Assembly: GCA_051362555.1 (NCBI GenBank)
Contig: CM120640.1
Span: 11,346,001-11,410,000 of the forward strand
Length of the DNA stretch: 64,000 nucleotides
Source of the DNA: Lingula anatina
Lineage: Eukaryota > Animalia > Brachiopoda
Direction: 5' to 3'
The translations under genes and the position numbers were made by a program. Below the pieces are notes generated by a model, which did no database searches, was not told where the DNA came from, and saw only the letters and a list, made by a program, of their open reading frames with translations. Shown here piece by piece: positions 12,516 through 26,565 of this stretch (position 1 is the stretch's first letter; each line of letters opens with the position of its first letter).

Positions 12516-13343
12516 ACAGCTTGCTTACTGGAGTTTCCTATGGGATCTATTGTTCCTGACTATTACATGTACTTCCTTAGCCTTTCTAAATACTAAAAAA
12601 AGACCTCCGTGTAGTGTGCGTAAACTTCACGGGTACCTGAGCTACAACTAATTTATCCCAGCTTTTTTTTTTTTTGCTCATGATATACAGTATGATGATT
12701 TTTTGAGAATGGCATTAAAATTTCCCCTGTTTTACTTTCATATGTGCGTTGTGAATAATGTGTGTTCATGGCAGTCATGGGTTTATTAGGTACGGCAATG
12801 TGTTTAATCAACTATAATGAGGGCACTTTTTCCTAGACGGAAGAATGCAAGCACATAACCTCATACTATTGCTTTAAACAACATTTTTAAAATGCACATC
12901 TTATAGACTGTCCATTTTCACTTAAAAGGCGAGCGCAAATAATTCTCACCGAAAAGAGGCAGTAAAATCGCTACTGTAAATCACTAGGATGATAAGTAAG
13001 GGTTAGACAATCTGAATGATAAGTGTCCGACAGTTGACGAGCATCATGATCTAATCAGTTCCCCGCATTCTTGTCTTTACTTGTGCGGCTCCATATAAAG
13101 TTGTTGCCCGTAAGGCGGGTCTCAAGAGAATAGGAGTACTTATACATAGACACGATTTTGATTAGGTGAATTGCACACGATCAGAAAACAAGCGCATTAT
13201 ATCCCATTCAATCCGTGGACGAGCAAAATTTAATGACCACTCGTGACTATATTATGGCAACCATATTTAAACTGCTAGAAGCAACAGCGGGGAAAAAGCC
13301 AACAGCAATTATTTATTCCGAAGTCGTTAACGCCTTTAAATTA

Positions 13344-13407
13344 CTCTCTCTCTCTCTCTCTCTCTCTCTCAGTCTCTCTCTCTCTCTCAGTCTCTCTCTC
13401 TCTCTCT
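13344..13407. repeat. (CT)n microsatellite with two CAGT interruptions, upstream of the SAMD1-like gene
   Basis: Direct reading. It lies about 600 bp before ATG 14017 in CpG-rich sequence and may be a GAGA-type promoter element. Confidence 0.85.
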
Positions 13408-14016
13408 AACAACACATGTGCGTGATGATAAGCTGAGTTCAGTGCGCACAGCGCACGTTGGTTGTCTGGTTACATATTACAGCTCAAAATAAGCATCCGG
13501 TTTGAAGTAAATTAACCTTGTGTTCATATCATAAACGCTATTAGATGGCATGCATATATGCAATATGTGTGTGCCGCAGCCCGAAAGATTCACTTGGCTG
13601 CTTGCGCCGTACACAAGCTATTGCTTGATGGTTCAATTATTTCAACAACTGAGACGGGCCAGCTGTGACTTTTTTCACTTCAACCACTGTTTGTACCGCC
13701 TTGGTCATTAAACTTTGTTCCTGCCGCTTCACACGACTTTATTTTAACTCATGAATTAGGTATAAAACCGGAGAGGAAAGCCTATGTTCGTGCCCTTTTT
13801 GTTGAATGTTTGTAAATCATTCGCCTCGTGTGAGAAATCCAATAACGGATCCCAGAATACTAACGCGATGGTATCACTGCACATGCGCTGATCGTAAGCG
13901 CTCCGCTTGTCCTCATTAATGCTGTCGCGTTTTCCTCTTTCATTTAACGCGTAACGATTAACAGCGTGACAGCAGACTGCTAAAGCTCTTATCTCCATCC
14001 GTACACCCCGTCGAAG

Positions 14017-17000
14017 ATGGCTGTTGTACGAAACAAGGACTGGATTCTTGAGACAATTGATCAACTGCGAAAACGCAAAGCTCGGCCAGACATTGAGAGA
14101 ATTTGTCACATGTTGCAAAGAAAACATGGTCTGACGAGGGAAGAAATAGAAGCTGACCTTGAGAGCTTGGTAGAGGCAGAGGTGGTTATAAAAGTCGATT
14201 ATAAAGGCAGTACCAGCTATCGAAACGCAGCCAAATGGAGAAAAAGTCACTTAGGCGGACTGGTGTTAAATTCAACAGAAGTTAGCAAGAGAATCGTTAA
14301 CGCGCTACGCGCCTTAACAAAAACCGAGTCGTTACCCGATTCTGAAACACAAACGTGTAACATCAATAATAGCAGCAGCATAGGGGTCAGCCTGAGTGAG
14401 ATTGAAAAATGGATTGCAAACGAAGACCCAGAATCAACTCTGGTGAAAGCGAATCTCCAGGTTGCTTTGGACCGTGAGGTGGACGCGGGCCAAATCGCAA
14501 GGCTCAACGACAACACCTACGTGCTATCTGACAACAAGAAACCTAAAGCGCATAACCCGACTAAAATTGGAGGGCCAGGAAAGGGCGGGCTACATCATGG
14601 AAAACGCGGCCGTCCGGCCACCAAAAAGCCGGTGTGTATAAAACGGACTCATTGAAATGACTCACAAGCTCAAGCGCATATTTATCTAGGCGACATTTTG
14701 CACTTATCTCAATGCGTGCGTGATAAGCTGGCGCGATCATATACAGAGCGTGGCAGTCTGTTTTTCCCCCGTCTCCATTGCGCGAAGATTTCATTGCGCT
14801 CGCTGTATTTCAATTTATCATACACCTTCAGTTTACGGGTATGCGTTTCACTGCACAGAGGTTATATGTGGTAGAACTGGTAGTGGGGGCAGCACTTGGC
14901 TCATATCTGTTATATAGCTTTCTTAAATAACCAGCGCATTTCTGACTCTAAATCTCTGTCATGTTTCTGTGTATTTTGGTCCAATTAACGCAATGGTCCA
15001 TGGAAATCTGCTAAGAAGGCTACAGTGTTCTTAGAAAGAAAACTAGCGCGTTAGGTATTGTACTTTCTAAAACTATTCCCCACCCACTTAACAACTTAGG
15101 AAAAATACACACTGATAAAAGAATGCTGAAGGGAACGCGCACAATGAATATATATATATAGAGCCCGTTCCACTCCATATAACCACATATAAATTGCGAC
15201 TTCACATGCGTTAGTTCCATGAAAACGATGGTATGTGGGTATATTCTCTAAGGCTATCTAACGTGATGCCTCTCGCTCAATTCCCTGTTCGAATATACCG
15301 TGAAAACGTTTTTATACGGGATCTACGTGTGATTCTTGTTCAAATTTATAAATGTCGGGTAAAGTTATAGGTCTGCGGAATTAATAATTCATGACCAAGT
15401 CATACTGTGTTAATGTAATCGTATTTGCTTTAACTGGATATGGTGGCGCGTTCCATTGCGCGCGGAGAGATAGATCGGAACGAGTGATGTTGGTTGGCCA
15501 AACGTATTGGATATCGATAAAACAGCCAGTGCATTGTTAATAATGACTAGAGGTTCGAGGAAGATAAGTCAGTTAGTTTTGAAAAAAAAAAGCATCCAGG
15601 ATGTTCTGTAAATTTTTCTTTTTCGATTGCGCTCTCATATTGAACATCTTGACTTTGATACGTGTCTGTGTAATATGCACCGAGAAACGGGCAATTTACG
15701 CACCGGAGCCGCAATGACCTGAGCTGGTGCGTAAACTCGCCGTAACGATAACCGTAAGACGATCAAGAGCAGTACAGCGCATATAAATAACCCTTTCCCC
15801 TCTGACTGCATGTAAGGCGGTGTGCTATACAGCGCTCAGTATATGCTGGCATGCCGCGCCTGTACTTTACGTAGTGTTCGCAAATAATATTTATATAACA
15901 CCTTTATAGATATCAAGCACACCTCACAATGCCCAGTTACTATAGCTCACAGTCGGCGCGTTCTCGGGTGACTTCGTGAGCATTAAATTGTTTTCGGTAA
16001 TCACCGTGCGGTGAAAAGGGCTCGCCTTTATTTAGTTACCGACATGTATACGTGAAAACCCGTTTGGGAATACTTCAATGACCGTCCTCTATATCAGGAT
16101 GAAAGGTCGGTTACACAGCAGAGTGTAGCCGCCTCTTTTTTCACTACTGCTGTGGCGATGTGCCAAGGTGAATTTATCTATAATGATGGTTGAAAATGTT
16201 GATTGAGATGGGGTTGTATTTTGACTTAAGTTTTTAATTTGCGTGTCAGGCAAGCGTGCCAAGGAGTTTTATACAGATTTGTTGAAAGTTGTACTGAATT
16301 CCTGTAGATGAAATATATCGATCAAATTGTGATAAAATACGTAGTAAAACGATGTGGCGGATGAAACCACTTTTAGCTTCTTTCAACCCGAGAGATCTAC
16401 AGTTTGCTGCCTTGTCTCAAATAGATAAGCATTTTTGGACTCCTACTGAGTCGGCAGTACGGGTATTTATATGACGTGAAATAACTATTTCTGTTGGGGA
16501 GCCATTATTACACTACCTTTCATCCGCATAATTTATTCAAACTCTGTGACGCTATACATGTATTTAATCACTTCACTTTGACATTTGTATTTACTATGAG
16601 GACATCAACTCGTATCCGACGTATTGGCTGGCTAATAATACCACACTACGGCATGACTTGATAATTATTCCAGCTCTGGTCGCAAGGGGTTTACCGCTTA
16701 AACCTCCTGCATTCGTGACTTTTAACACATGCCATTGTGCGAGCGTGATAGAATCTCCAACATATAAAATTGCAGGTTTTGTCGAAAAAGGGGCCTACAG
16801 GGAAAGACATGGGGTTATCTAAATCCTCGCCATATCATAAAATTAAAAAAAAATTGTATGCGGCCTGGATAGCAAAGAAACGGTTTTATCGGTACCTGTA
16901 TTTTTGGGGTCTATACCACATGCACGTTGAAGTCACTAAATGTTTTACCAGCTGTTAATATATCTGAAAATTTCATGGAAGTGGCGTGCAGCGGAAAATG

Positions 17001-20000
17001 TGTGCGAGATAGTAAGATACCTGTCAACGATGGCGAAATCCTCCGTGTGTGTTTCCAATTCAGTATCGATCTTCGCAATCCGCCTTAGTACATTTTCAGG
17101 CAATTTATCTTGGGCTTCTGTACCTAGTAACTGTCATTATTGAAAAAAAAGCATTTAGAGAGCATTCTAGGCATCGAAGCACTGTTCAACTCGGGTAAAA
17201 TAAAACAGCAATGAAGATGCACTGCATATATACTTGACAATTTTAGGTGTATTTGTACTGAAAATATTCAAAGAAATATGGAATTTAAGATAACTAATAT
17301 CATAAATTATGGATGATGGGAGCCAATACTAAGCAAGTTTTTTTTGCAAGTTGACAATAAGAAAAGGCTTCTACCTGTGTACACAGAGAATTAAAATATA
17401 AGTGCGAATTACAAAATATTTTCCCGTAGGATTGTCAGAGTTGGGGTTTTTGTCAGTAGGTACGTGTAAATGGAAATCTAACGCCCAGCTAAGGATCATC
17501 TGGTATGATCAACTAAGATGCTATGAACGTCATACAATCATCGAGGTCTTTGCTTCTAGATGTCCTCTATTTTCACTTAACTATTCACCATATAAATCGT
17601 CTTCGGTCTTGTCTGGTCTTCGATAGCCTGCAACTACCATTATATTAAAACTTGGAGAAGAGATATACTCTAAATGTTACAACTGCGTTTTACGCATTTT
17701 CAGAACGCTAAATCATCTTGTTGGGAAAAGAATTCACATAAACAGCCATCACTTAACTGCTTTTGAAAATACAAAATTGGACTGCGATCTTTACTATGAT
17801 ATCCCCCTTCTACACAAATGAAAATATAGTCTACCAGATCAAAAGTCTAATTCTCAAAGTGAAACGATACTTGATTCATTAGCCGACTGATTGATGGTGA
17901 TTCCCTTGCCTGTAAGTGTTAAATGATGTTGTATTATCATCTTTGCAGATTCTAAAGAAGAAACATCTCCTGGAACCCCAAGGAGTGAAATCTGAAGAAC
18001 GCGCACTCTCTCATGAGGAGCCAGTCCCGAAGCGTGCGATGAAAGTATGCGACTTCTGTCTCCTCACCGAAACGTTTAATAGAAAAGGAGTACCAGAGAA
18101 CCTGTTGGTTTGTAAAGACTGCAACGCGAAAGGTTTGTGGATCTGTCATATTTTAAAAGAATAAAAGAAAGAGATAGATGAAAAAGTGCGGCCGTTACAA
18201 TATTTTACTCATTTTGTGATAAAAAACGCAGTAAATGTCGATCGTTAATGTCAATATATATATATATTCAATATATAGGCCTACTCCATCTTTGATTTTA
18301 TATTCATTTTTGGTAATGAGACCTAAACAAAACTGCTCAACTGTATAAATTTTATGTATTGTCCATGGTATGTTTGATTGGTTTGACTGTTGCTGTTGAA
18401 ATCAAAGAATAATAAAAAAAAGTAATAGATAGTAATTTACATGAAATATTGAGCGAAACCTGCACAGAAATTAGCATTTTTGGGGAAAATTTTGTACGCA
18501 CAGTGCGACCTTGGATACTTTAGTACTGTATAAACTGTGCTGTGCACCGGTCCGACTTTTTCAGTCGTTACGGCAACGAAATGTAAATTATCCAGCTTAA
18601 TGCCGAACATTTTATATGCTGTAACATTAAATTGCGGTCATTAAACACTTCACGTCTAAACATGTATTTGATAAGTTGTTGAAAAAGTGTCTTTGGAAAA
18701 AAGTTACCTTGCATGATTTAAGCACAGCACCGAAGCATTCCCAGAAATAGATCTCTATACGGTGAACACTATTAAGCGTCCATTCACCCTTTATAAATGT
18801 GACGTTACTATGTCATATCAAGTGTCAGTATTACATTCCAAGGCAATCTCGCTTTTTAGCTAGTGATAGCAATTATGTCTTTACAATTATTATGGTTTCA
18901 CGACATCTTTCTCCAGCCCATCCATCATGTATGGAATACTCGGCAGAGCTGGCAAGGCGGGCAACACGCTCCCCGTGGCAGTGCATTGACTGCAAGACCT
19001 GCAATATCTGCGAAGATGCCGGAGATCCTGTAAGACTTTTTTAGTGCTTCTTGAAAATATTTATTTCGCGTAGAATGCCATCTTTGAGTTTTGTTGTACA
19101 TGTAGTCAACTCGTTTTAGTGTGGTAAGGGTAGGAGCATTTTTTTGTTTTGTGGGGTAAAAAAAAGAAGAGTGGGTGGTAAAATATGCCACCAGAAGCAT
19201 TTTTCAGTCTAAACCATCACTTGAAGTGTATTGTATGAATAAAATTCATAAGAAAATAAGCGCAGTTCAAAAACGCTCAAACACCGATTAATACAAAGAT
19301 TCGTATTGAAAACGTTTATAGCTGAAAAAAGGTGCACTGGGGCGGTATGAATCATGTCGACATTGACTATACCCGATTCGAAACAGAAAAAGAAAACAAG
19401 TATCCGGAAGTAGGATAAAACTATTTTTTGAAAGAAGACAAAAACAACACTTGAAATGAATGGCCACGCGTGATTCAATGAAAAGTGTGCAGAGTGCGAA
19501 CTCACAAATATTCATCACTGTTCAGGAATTTATATGTACGATGCATAAAAAAAAAAAGACTTATCACTAAGTAATGTTGTTTTAATGCACTCGTGAGGAA
19601 TTTTTGTGGTCTTCGTTACGTCAGTTATTGATTTTCATGCAAAACTAAGGAAATATAAAAAAGTTAAATATATTTTGCCTGTAATGGGGTCTGTGCATTT
19701 GTTTTGTCGGGAGTCAGACATTCCTCTGTTTGAAAGATTATATTGATTGGAAAGCCTTGGTCATAAAACCGCTTCTGATTTTGTGAGGAGAAATCGTACA
19801 GAGCAGTTACTATCAAGGCAATTTTTTAATTAGTACTTTTATTTAAGTTTAATTTTGTAATTTTGTTCATTCACGTAACTTTCATTTTAATAAAGAACTT
19901 TGAAATGTGAGATCGCACACCAAACTTTCCTGTCTACAGTTCGCCTACTTTAACTTTACTTATGGATGTGGTTGCCAGTTAAGATAATTGAGACACGGAA

Positions 20001-22165
20001 GAGCCTTTAAAGTATCGTTTACATAGTTATTTTTTGTCACGAGAATATTGTTTTTCATTTATGCCAAGCTAAAGATGTCCTAATTTCTATTTAAGCAATA
20101 TTGTCGTTGAGGCACCAACCGTCACGTCCGTATATGACAAAGATACATCTGTCTGCTATATATTATAATTTTTATCTTTGGGTTTTGGCATGCTTTCCTG
20201 GCAAAGAAAAATCAATAATTAGTTGAGATTCGCACCTATAGATTACATCGATCTCTGATTTTTTTTCTTCGATTTTACGAATCCATAATCTAATTTTACA
20301 TATTGATGAAACGCTCGAGATAGGATACAAATCGAGTTATATCATGTATAGAGGCGTTTGGAAGGGTATAGTTAATTTATAAAGAGATGCACTGGTGAAA
20401 GCAATACGGCATTCGGCGCTGCAAGGCGTCAGCAGCATATGAAATCGATAAAAATTGTTATTGAGCGTGTCTTGCTAAAATTGGATTTTCTTATATGATG
20501 CTCTTCGATTTGCTTTGACTTTTTTATTTGTCTGTCAAATTTGTTACCGGCTCTGACATCGTCTATCGTTTAAAAAATTTAAAAAGAAAGTTTCCAACGG
20601 AATGATTTTTCTGATTTTTTTTCACTTTTGTTCTAGGACGCTATGCTATTCTGCGACGCTTGTGACAAAGGATACCACATGGACTGTCACAACCCCCTTG
20701 TCGCAGAGAAACCTACAGGTGAGGAGTATCAAAGCGTGACCCACGTGCCCTAGACCACTTCTATTAAAACTAAAATCAACGAGTGATACAAGGGTGGCTC
20801 TCGGGCAGCCTGATCCCCGCGAAGTATGATCTAATTTGATAATGTAATAAGTCAACCCTATCGATGTTGCTCCCCGGGGCAATGTGCGTATATTCTGTGG
20901 AATTATATCTTTTGTGCTGAGTTTATTTTCTCAGTCATAGATTTATATTGTTGACTTTATGGATTTTGTCATATCAACAAAAAGCACGATTGGGAAAAAG
21001 AGTTTGTCAATAATATAGTGTATAATACATGTACCATAAATATAATCTTATCTCCGTTTTCCGTTAAATTTGTCGCAAGGCATAGGCAATTTTCATGGGA
21101 TTTTCGTTGTTTAACCTTAGTCTCCCCGTTTTCATCGCAGATAGCTTGCAACTATGTGCAATGGCACCCTTTTGAAATGATTTTTATACTGATACCCCTC
21201 CTTCAGTATTGCATATCTTCGCATAGTTAAAATGAAAGGAATGCCTTTATATTTAACCAGTTACTCGACTTAAGCCTAATAATGGTTTTTTACTATTTTT
21301 GGTCTGGTGAAGATTTAAGGCCGTGATAATGCTTACTTCAACCTATAATATGAAATATTGTCTCCTCAAATGCCGTTGCCTGAACTAAATTCGTCGTCAG
21401 TGTATGGCAACGATTTCAACCTGCAATTACATTTCCTTATGTCTAAATATTATTTTCATGTTTAACAGTTCTATGTACATACATCTGATATTTTACAGGG
21501 AAATGGATGTGTAGCCGCTGTTTACTGGAGGGGTCGCAGGTCAGTGTATCTGCCATGGAAGAAAGCGAAATGGCTAGCGTGGACAGTCATCGCGGTGCGT
21601 TCTTGAAATGTTTTGAGAATTTTTGCCTATTTGCGTACCTAGAGAAAGCGATTTATAAGTAGTACGTTCAACATTAAATAAAATGCCTATGTGAAAGAAA
21701 AATATTGTAATCTGTCGAATAAATAAATTTTGGTGTACGTTTGAGGTTTAATATCTTATTTGAAAAGTTGAAAACGTTTTACAATAATGAACTTAAAGAA
21801 CTGAGAAGTGAATTTGATAGCATTTTATGCATATTTATTTATATTTTCGTACCATGAAAACGTGTTTTCCAACGGCCCCTAAAGAAGGGGGGGGGGTGGA
21901 AGTATACACCATCAAAACACGACTAAATCTAAATACATAGGTGCTATCTTATTTTCAACTTTGTTTTTTGATTTTTTCTTTCGCGTTGCCAGGTAGCAGA
22001 CTGAAGGATGGCATAGCTTGTCTTCCCACTCCCAGTGACTCCCCAGTTCATTCAAACGAAGAATCAAGTGACAAAAGGTACAGTTATATTGATCCTGAAA
22101 TGGCAGATCCAGGGGCACCACGTGCCCCCTCTCATTAGGTTGGGAGAAACCCTCCCCACCCCACC

Positions 22166-22221
<56 letters not shown>

Positions 22222-23354
22222 CGAGCGTTACGCTCAAAACCAACAGGCCCGTAGCCAGGGGGGTTCGGGGGCTCGAAAGAATCCCCCTTTTTGCTGGAAA
22301 AAGGTCCACTCTGGGTAAAATTTGACCTAGGTACATGGGAATTATATGGTAAAAGGTCCACTTTTTCAGAAAAAGACCCCCCCCCCTTTGAAATTGCTGG
22401 CTACGGTCCTGACCAAGCAATATTTCCACCCGCTGTGCCTTACATGTTATGGTCAAATTGTCCTCGTCTACCGTTTCATATTCGCTGATCGAATAAAGCT
22501 ATACTTGGGTACCTCTACCGTCGACATGCCGTGGGTCTGCATGTGTAACAGTGTTCGTGTGTTATTTACGTACGGTACTGTTATCAGGTGTTAATCTCGA
22601 TGCCATAATACAGACGTGTTAAAACTGGTATTTAGATAATCTCTATTTCGTGAAAGCCTCTGTTTATTTATCATTGTCACAAACATATTAAACCTAACAT
22701 AGATAAATTTTAACTGTCATTACTTGGTTAGAAAATTATGACCTTCGACAGAATTAAAATTTTATGAAACCGGTATGTTAAACATTAAATATGTTCGATA
22801 CGATCTGGAAGTCCTAATGGAAGTGTTTCGTTAATATATTTGACAGTGAAGATGACAATATCCTGTTAAGTATGGCAATCAAAAACTATTACTTTTCTTT
22901 GCAGCCCTTTTTTTATTTCAACCAAGTCGCCGTTGAAACCAAAACAGGAGATTCCTGACGCTTCAAGATGGGGAGTGGACGAAGTGGTCACATATTTCAA
23001 GGAATCGGGATTTTTAGAACAAGCAGAAGCATTTAGGGAGCAGGTAGTTACACTGCTTTTTGTAAATATTACCCCCCAAAACTCATGTTTGAATTTTTAT
23101 ACTTTGCTTATATTTCATGTCTGTCTTCCGCTTGCTAAAAGTGAAATCTCGGGTTGATATTTTCCAGCAATGTTTAACTTACCGATGTGTATTTATTCGT
23201 TTTTATTATTATGTAGGAGATAGATGGAATATCTCTGATGTTGATGAAGCGCTCCGATGTTTTGAGCGGGCTCGCACTGAAACTTGGACCAGCGCTGAAG
23301 ATGTACAATTACGTGAAACAGCTGCAGTGTAGAGGGCAACCGCCGCTTCAGTAA
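14017..23354 (+). CDS. SAMD1/atherin-like chromatin reader: winged helix 1 + H15-like winged helix 2 + AT-hook-like + double PHD finger + SAM; 8 exons, 483 aa
   Basis: Exons 14017-14631, 17949-18132, 18917-19029, 20637-20718, 21499-21594, 21993-22077, 22905-23043, 23217-23354; GT-AG, phase-consistent, 1452 nt. Motifs: [22 protein letters not shown]...YKGSTSYRN (SAMD1/KAT6 WH); KRGRP; CDFC...CKDC...HPSC...[12 protein letters not shown]...[18 protein letters not shown]...GKWMCSRC (DPF); [10 protein letters not shown]...[34 protein letters not shown] (SAM). Confidence 0.92.
22244..22411. mobile_element. hAT-like MITE (CAGGCCCGTAGCC family) in intron 6 of the SAMD1-like gene
   Basis: TIRs caggcccgtagccag / ctggctacggtcctg; 5-bp duplication accaa. 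Relatives at about 40141-40288 and 47398-47530 (partial). Preceded by an A run at 22171-22216. Confidence 0.75.
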
Positions 23355-25652
23355 AAATACATTTTGCACTTTGTGGAATGATTCCGATCTGTTAACAGAC
23401 TCTACACAACGCTTCAGACCCAGTTGAAACATGACGACAGACTTGAAGAAAACGATTCCGTTGGTTCTATTATACTACAAAAAATGCAGCGGCTACATTG
23501 GTTCAATGACAACCTATTAACGTATTTTCAAAGAGAGCACCTTATCCTGGATTCTTATTTTCAATTCATATTCATCTTTCATCTACCCTAATTTTCGTTT
23601 ATATAATCATATGCTTTGATCTGTTTTTGAATAATAAATCAGAAATTTGCCCGCATTTCATATATATGGCATGAGTTTAGATTTTAACAAAAATTATCTT
23701 GTTATGGCATGCGTATACTGAGAAGAGTAGGTCACAATACACTCAGAAAGTGAGAGTGCTTATCATGGATTCTTTCCCTAGGTGAGGTCATTAGTAAGAA
23801 AATGTCCATCATCCATAATTATTGATCCTTTGGCTTTTTTTAGTTGATTTATTCGAAATTTTATTATTAGTATAGTTCATATTTCGCTTTGCTTATCGGT
23901 GTATTGGTGATATTTAACTACTAAACATCGTCCAGTTACTGCAAAGTTATTAAAATGTATTGGTTTGTATGTTTTTCAAATGAAAATGGAACCTGTTGTT
24001 TCAATCGTGTAGGAATCAACGCCGATGCATTGGAGGAGCTAGAAGACTCATCTAGCACAACCAACCACATAGCCAATACAAATCGTTATCTTTTGGTCCC
24101 ATCATAGCATTGTGCATGATGGGACCAAGATGTAACTTATCTTTATACGTTTAATCTCAGAAGAACATGCGATTATTATAATTTAGTAATTTTATTGGGC
24201 ATTAAATAAGTTAATATTTGTGGGGTCTCTTAAATATTGTCTATATCCAATGTGGATCGAAAAAAGGCATAAATAGCATTTTATTGCATAAAATAAGAAA
24301 GATATTAGATAAGCAAATGGAATTGTGCACAACAATAGTACATTTATTCAATTATCTATAATTTCTAACCATGGGAACACAAACTACTGTTTGTTAATGT
24401 TAATAAGGAAAGGTTGGTATATAATCCTAATCACACAATCTGCTGAGATAGTACGCATCAACTTAACACTTCACAACTGAAGTAGAGCCATGATCGTTCT
24501 TTATTCGAAATTCTTTATCTTATAAAATATATTCATGCATAATCAGAAATTTTATTCGTTTATTGTATACGCACATGGTAGTAAGCTCCAAATGTAGTTA
24601 TAGGCTCATCTTCGACAGGTGAAAACATAAATGCCTAGTGTCTACAATAAATTTTTCTCTTTTGTCTTAATATAAAAAAATATTAACAAAAGAATGTTTC
24701 GTGCAAAGAATGTGCTATTTAAAAGCGAAGTTGTTGATCGGCTTTTGGCTATTTGCTAGATCTTTTCAGTTTTGTGCCCTCGCGCCTAATTTTACCTTAT
24801 CTACGACTAATTTCTCATGTGGCGCTAACTTGCATGGATTGTAATTGGCCTATATTCCAGTATTTGCTTCGTTATCAATATACACAATTAGTTTTGGGTA
24901 GCAACAGTGGCAATCAATTAATAAATGGGAAACCATATGGCATCATTCATCGGGACTCAGTTCTGACAGTTTCAATGAAAATATCAAATTGACTTTTACG
25001 AGACAATTGATCTTAGTAATGAGTTAATATCATTGTGACTCTTCGGCATCGAAACTCAATCAGTTTTCTATTGCTCAGTTCCGATGCTTCTTATGCGTAC
25101 TTTGTAATTACCTCAATTTTTCGGCTTCGTTCAATGGAAAATACAACAAAGACATTGTAATTACGGATACAGTTTATTGTAATAAACACTTACAAGTCAT
25201 TTATTTGCTTATGTTTTTCTTTACCTCTTGTTTGAGGAGTTAAAGTTATTTGATTACTCAGCTTAGTTAAAAGATGGCGCAAGTCCAAGGATAAAGCCCA
25301 AGCTTAGCAATAGCCGACTGATATTTACTTTCAAAGGTAAAAATGATTTTTGCCAAGAAACGCTTTATTTAAATATATTTTGATATTAGTCAAAAAGGTT
25401 TCATTTATGCTAGATCCTGAAATTTGATTTACCTGTTGACTGTTTCGTCTGTTCACTCTGACAGACTTGGTCACATCTAGCATAAATGAAACCTTTTTGA
25501 CTATCAAAACTAAGATCCAATGAAACTATTTTCACATATATTTTGATATTATTTCCATAATAAGATAATATTAACCAAATCTGTACTCTCTCCCCTAAAA
25601 CGTTTATTGTAAAAACGTTATTGTAAAGCGCACTCGGGCGTAGAGTAGTGCC

Positions 25653-25700
<48 letters not shown>

Positions 25701-26565
25701 ACCGAGCTTTACTTTTACTTCACACCGATTCATAACGCTGTGTGCAAACGCAGTTTTGCAAATTTTGTCTTGTTTTTTTTTCAGTAAAAGCCTCCGTACT
25801 TCGCGCTAAGTAATACAATGCTAACTAACATTATTTTGACACAAAATTCGCCTACTTTGCTTCTAATGATGTAAAGGACATTAACTGTACAGAATAATAC
25901 CTTTAAAATAATATAATGTCCGACTGTACAAATTGATGTCAAATTAGACGATTGTGCATTATTAAAACTAGGCAAATATATAAAGGTATACAGAGCAATT
26001 TAACACAAATAAGTTATAAAGCTGAAAGGAATAACAACTGTTCGTATGAAATTAATATTTCACAATAAAAAGATTGTAAACAACTCATAGAAATAATAAA
26101 TTACATTTTACCACAAAAACAGCGGTTATCGCAGTTCTAGAATCTGTGCTTGGAATCAGACCACGGCCTTTATAGATGGCTATTCCTCTAAACACCAAAC
26201 CTTTTTGAAAAAAAATATATGAACTAACTCTAAATGTCGGAATGGATGCATTTACCATTAGTAAGTATGGTAAAATCGTCGTTTACCCCAGAAAAAACGA
26301 ACAGTTGTTATCCCTTTATTTCTAAATATCCAATTATTTGAAGGTGACCCTACATTTCAGACAACATTTCTCCGGGAGATCTTTCTTCCTTTGACATTTT
26401 TTAAACAACACAGACTTGCTAAGGTCTGAGTAACGTGACTAATTTGTACCAGGCTGAGGATCACATCTACTGTGAAAACGATAGAAATATAAATAAGAAG
26501 AAAAAAGAAATATGCATATAGCATAGTCTCATAATTTCTCAGTATAACAGTTTGATACATGTAAT

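Noticed and set aside
13756-14250. 164-aa antisense ORF over SAMD1-like exon 1
   Set aside because: Shadow of the real CDS in GC-richer sequence; no recognisable motif.
21912-22456. Poly-Lys and poly-Phe ORFs
   Set aside because: Produced by an intronic A run and a MITE.
14017-23354. Calling the gene KAT6A/KAT6B (MOZ/MORF) or DPF/d4
   Set aside because: No MYST or Requiem domain in a phase-consistent model that ends in SAM plus a stop codon.
25659-25698. (TA)n microsatellites here and near 28490-28550 and 38454-38498; T run at 6556-6588
   Set aside because: Ordinary simple repeats; the ORFs crossing them (YIYIYI) are spurious.
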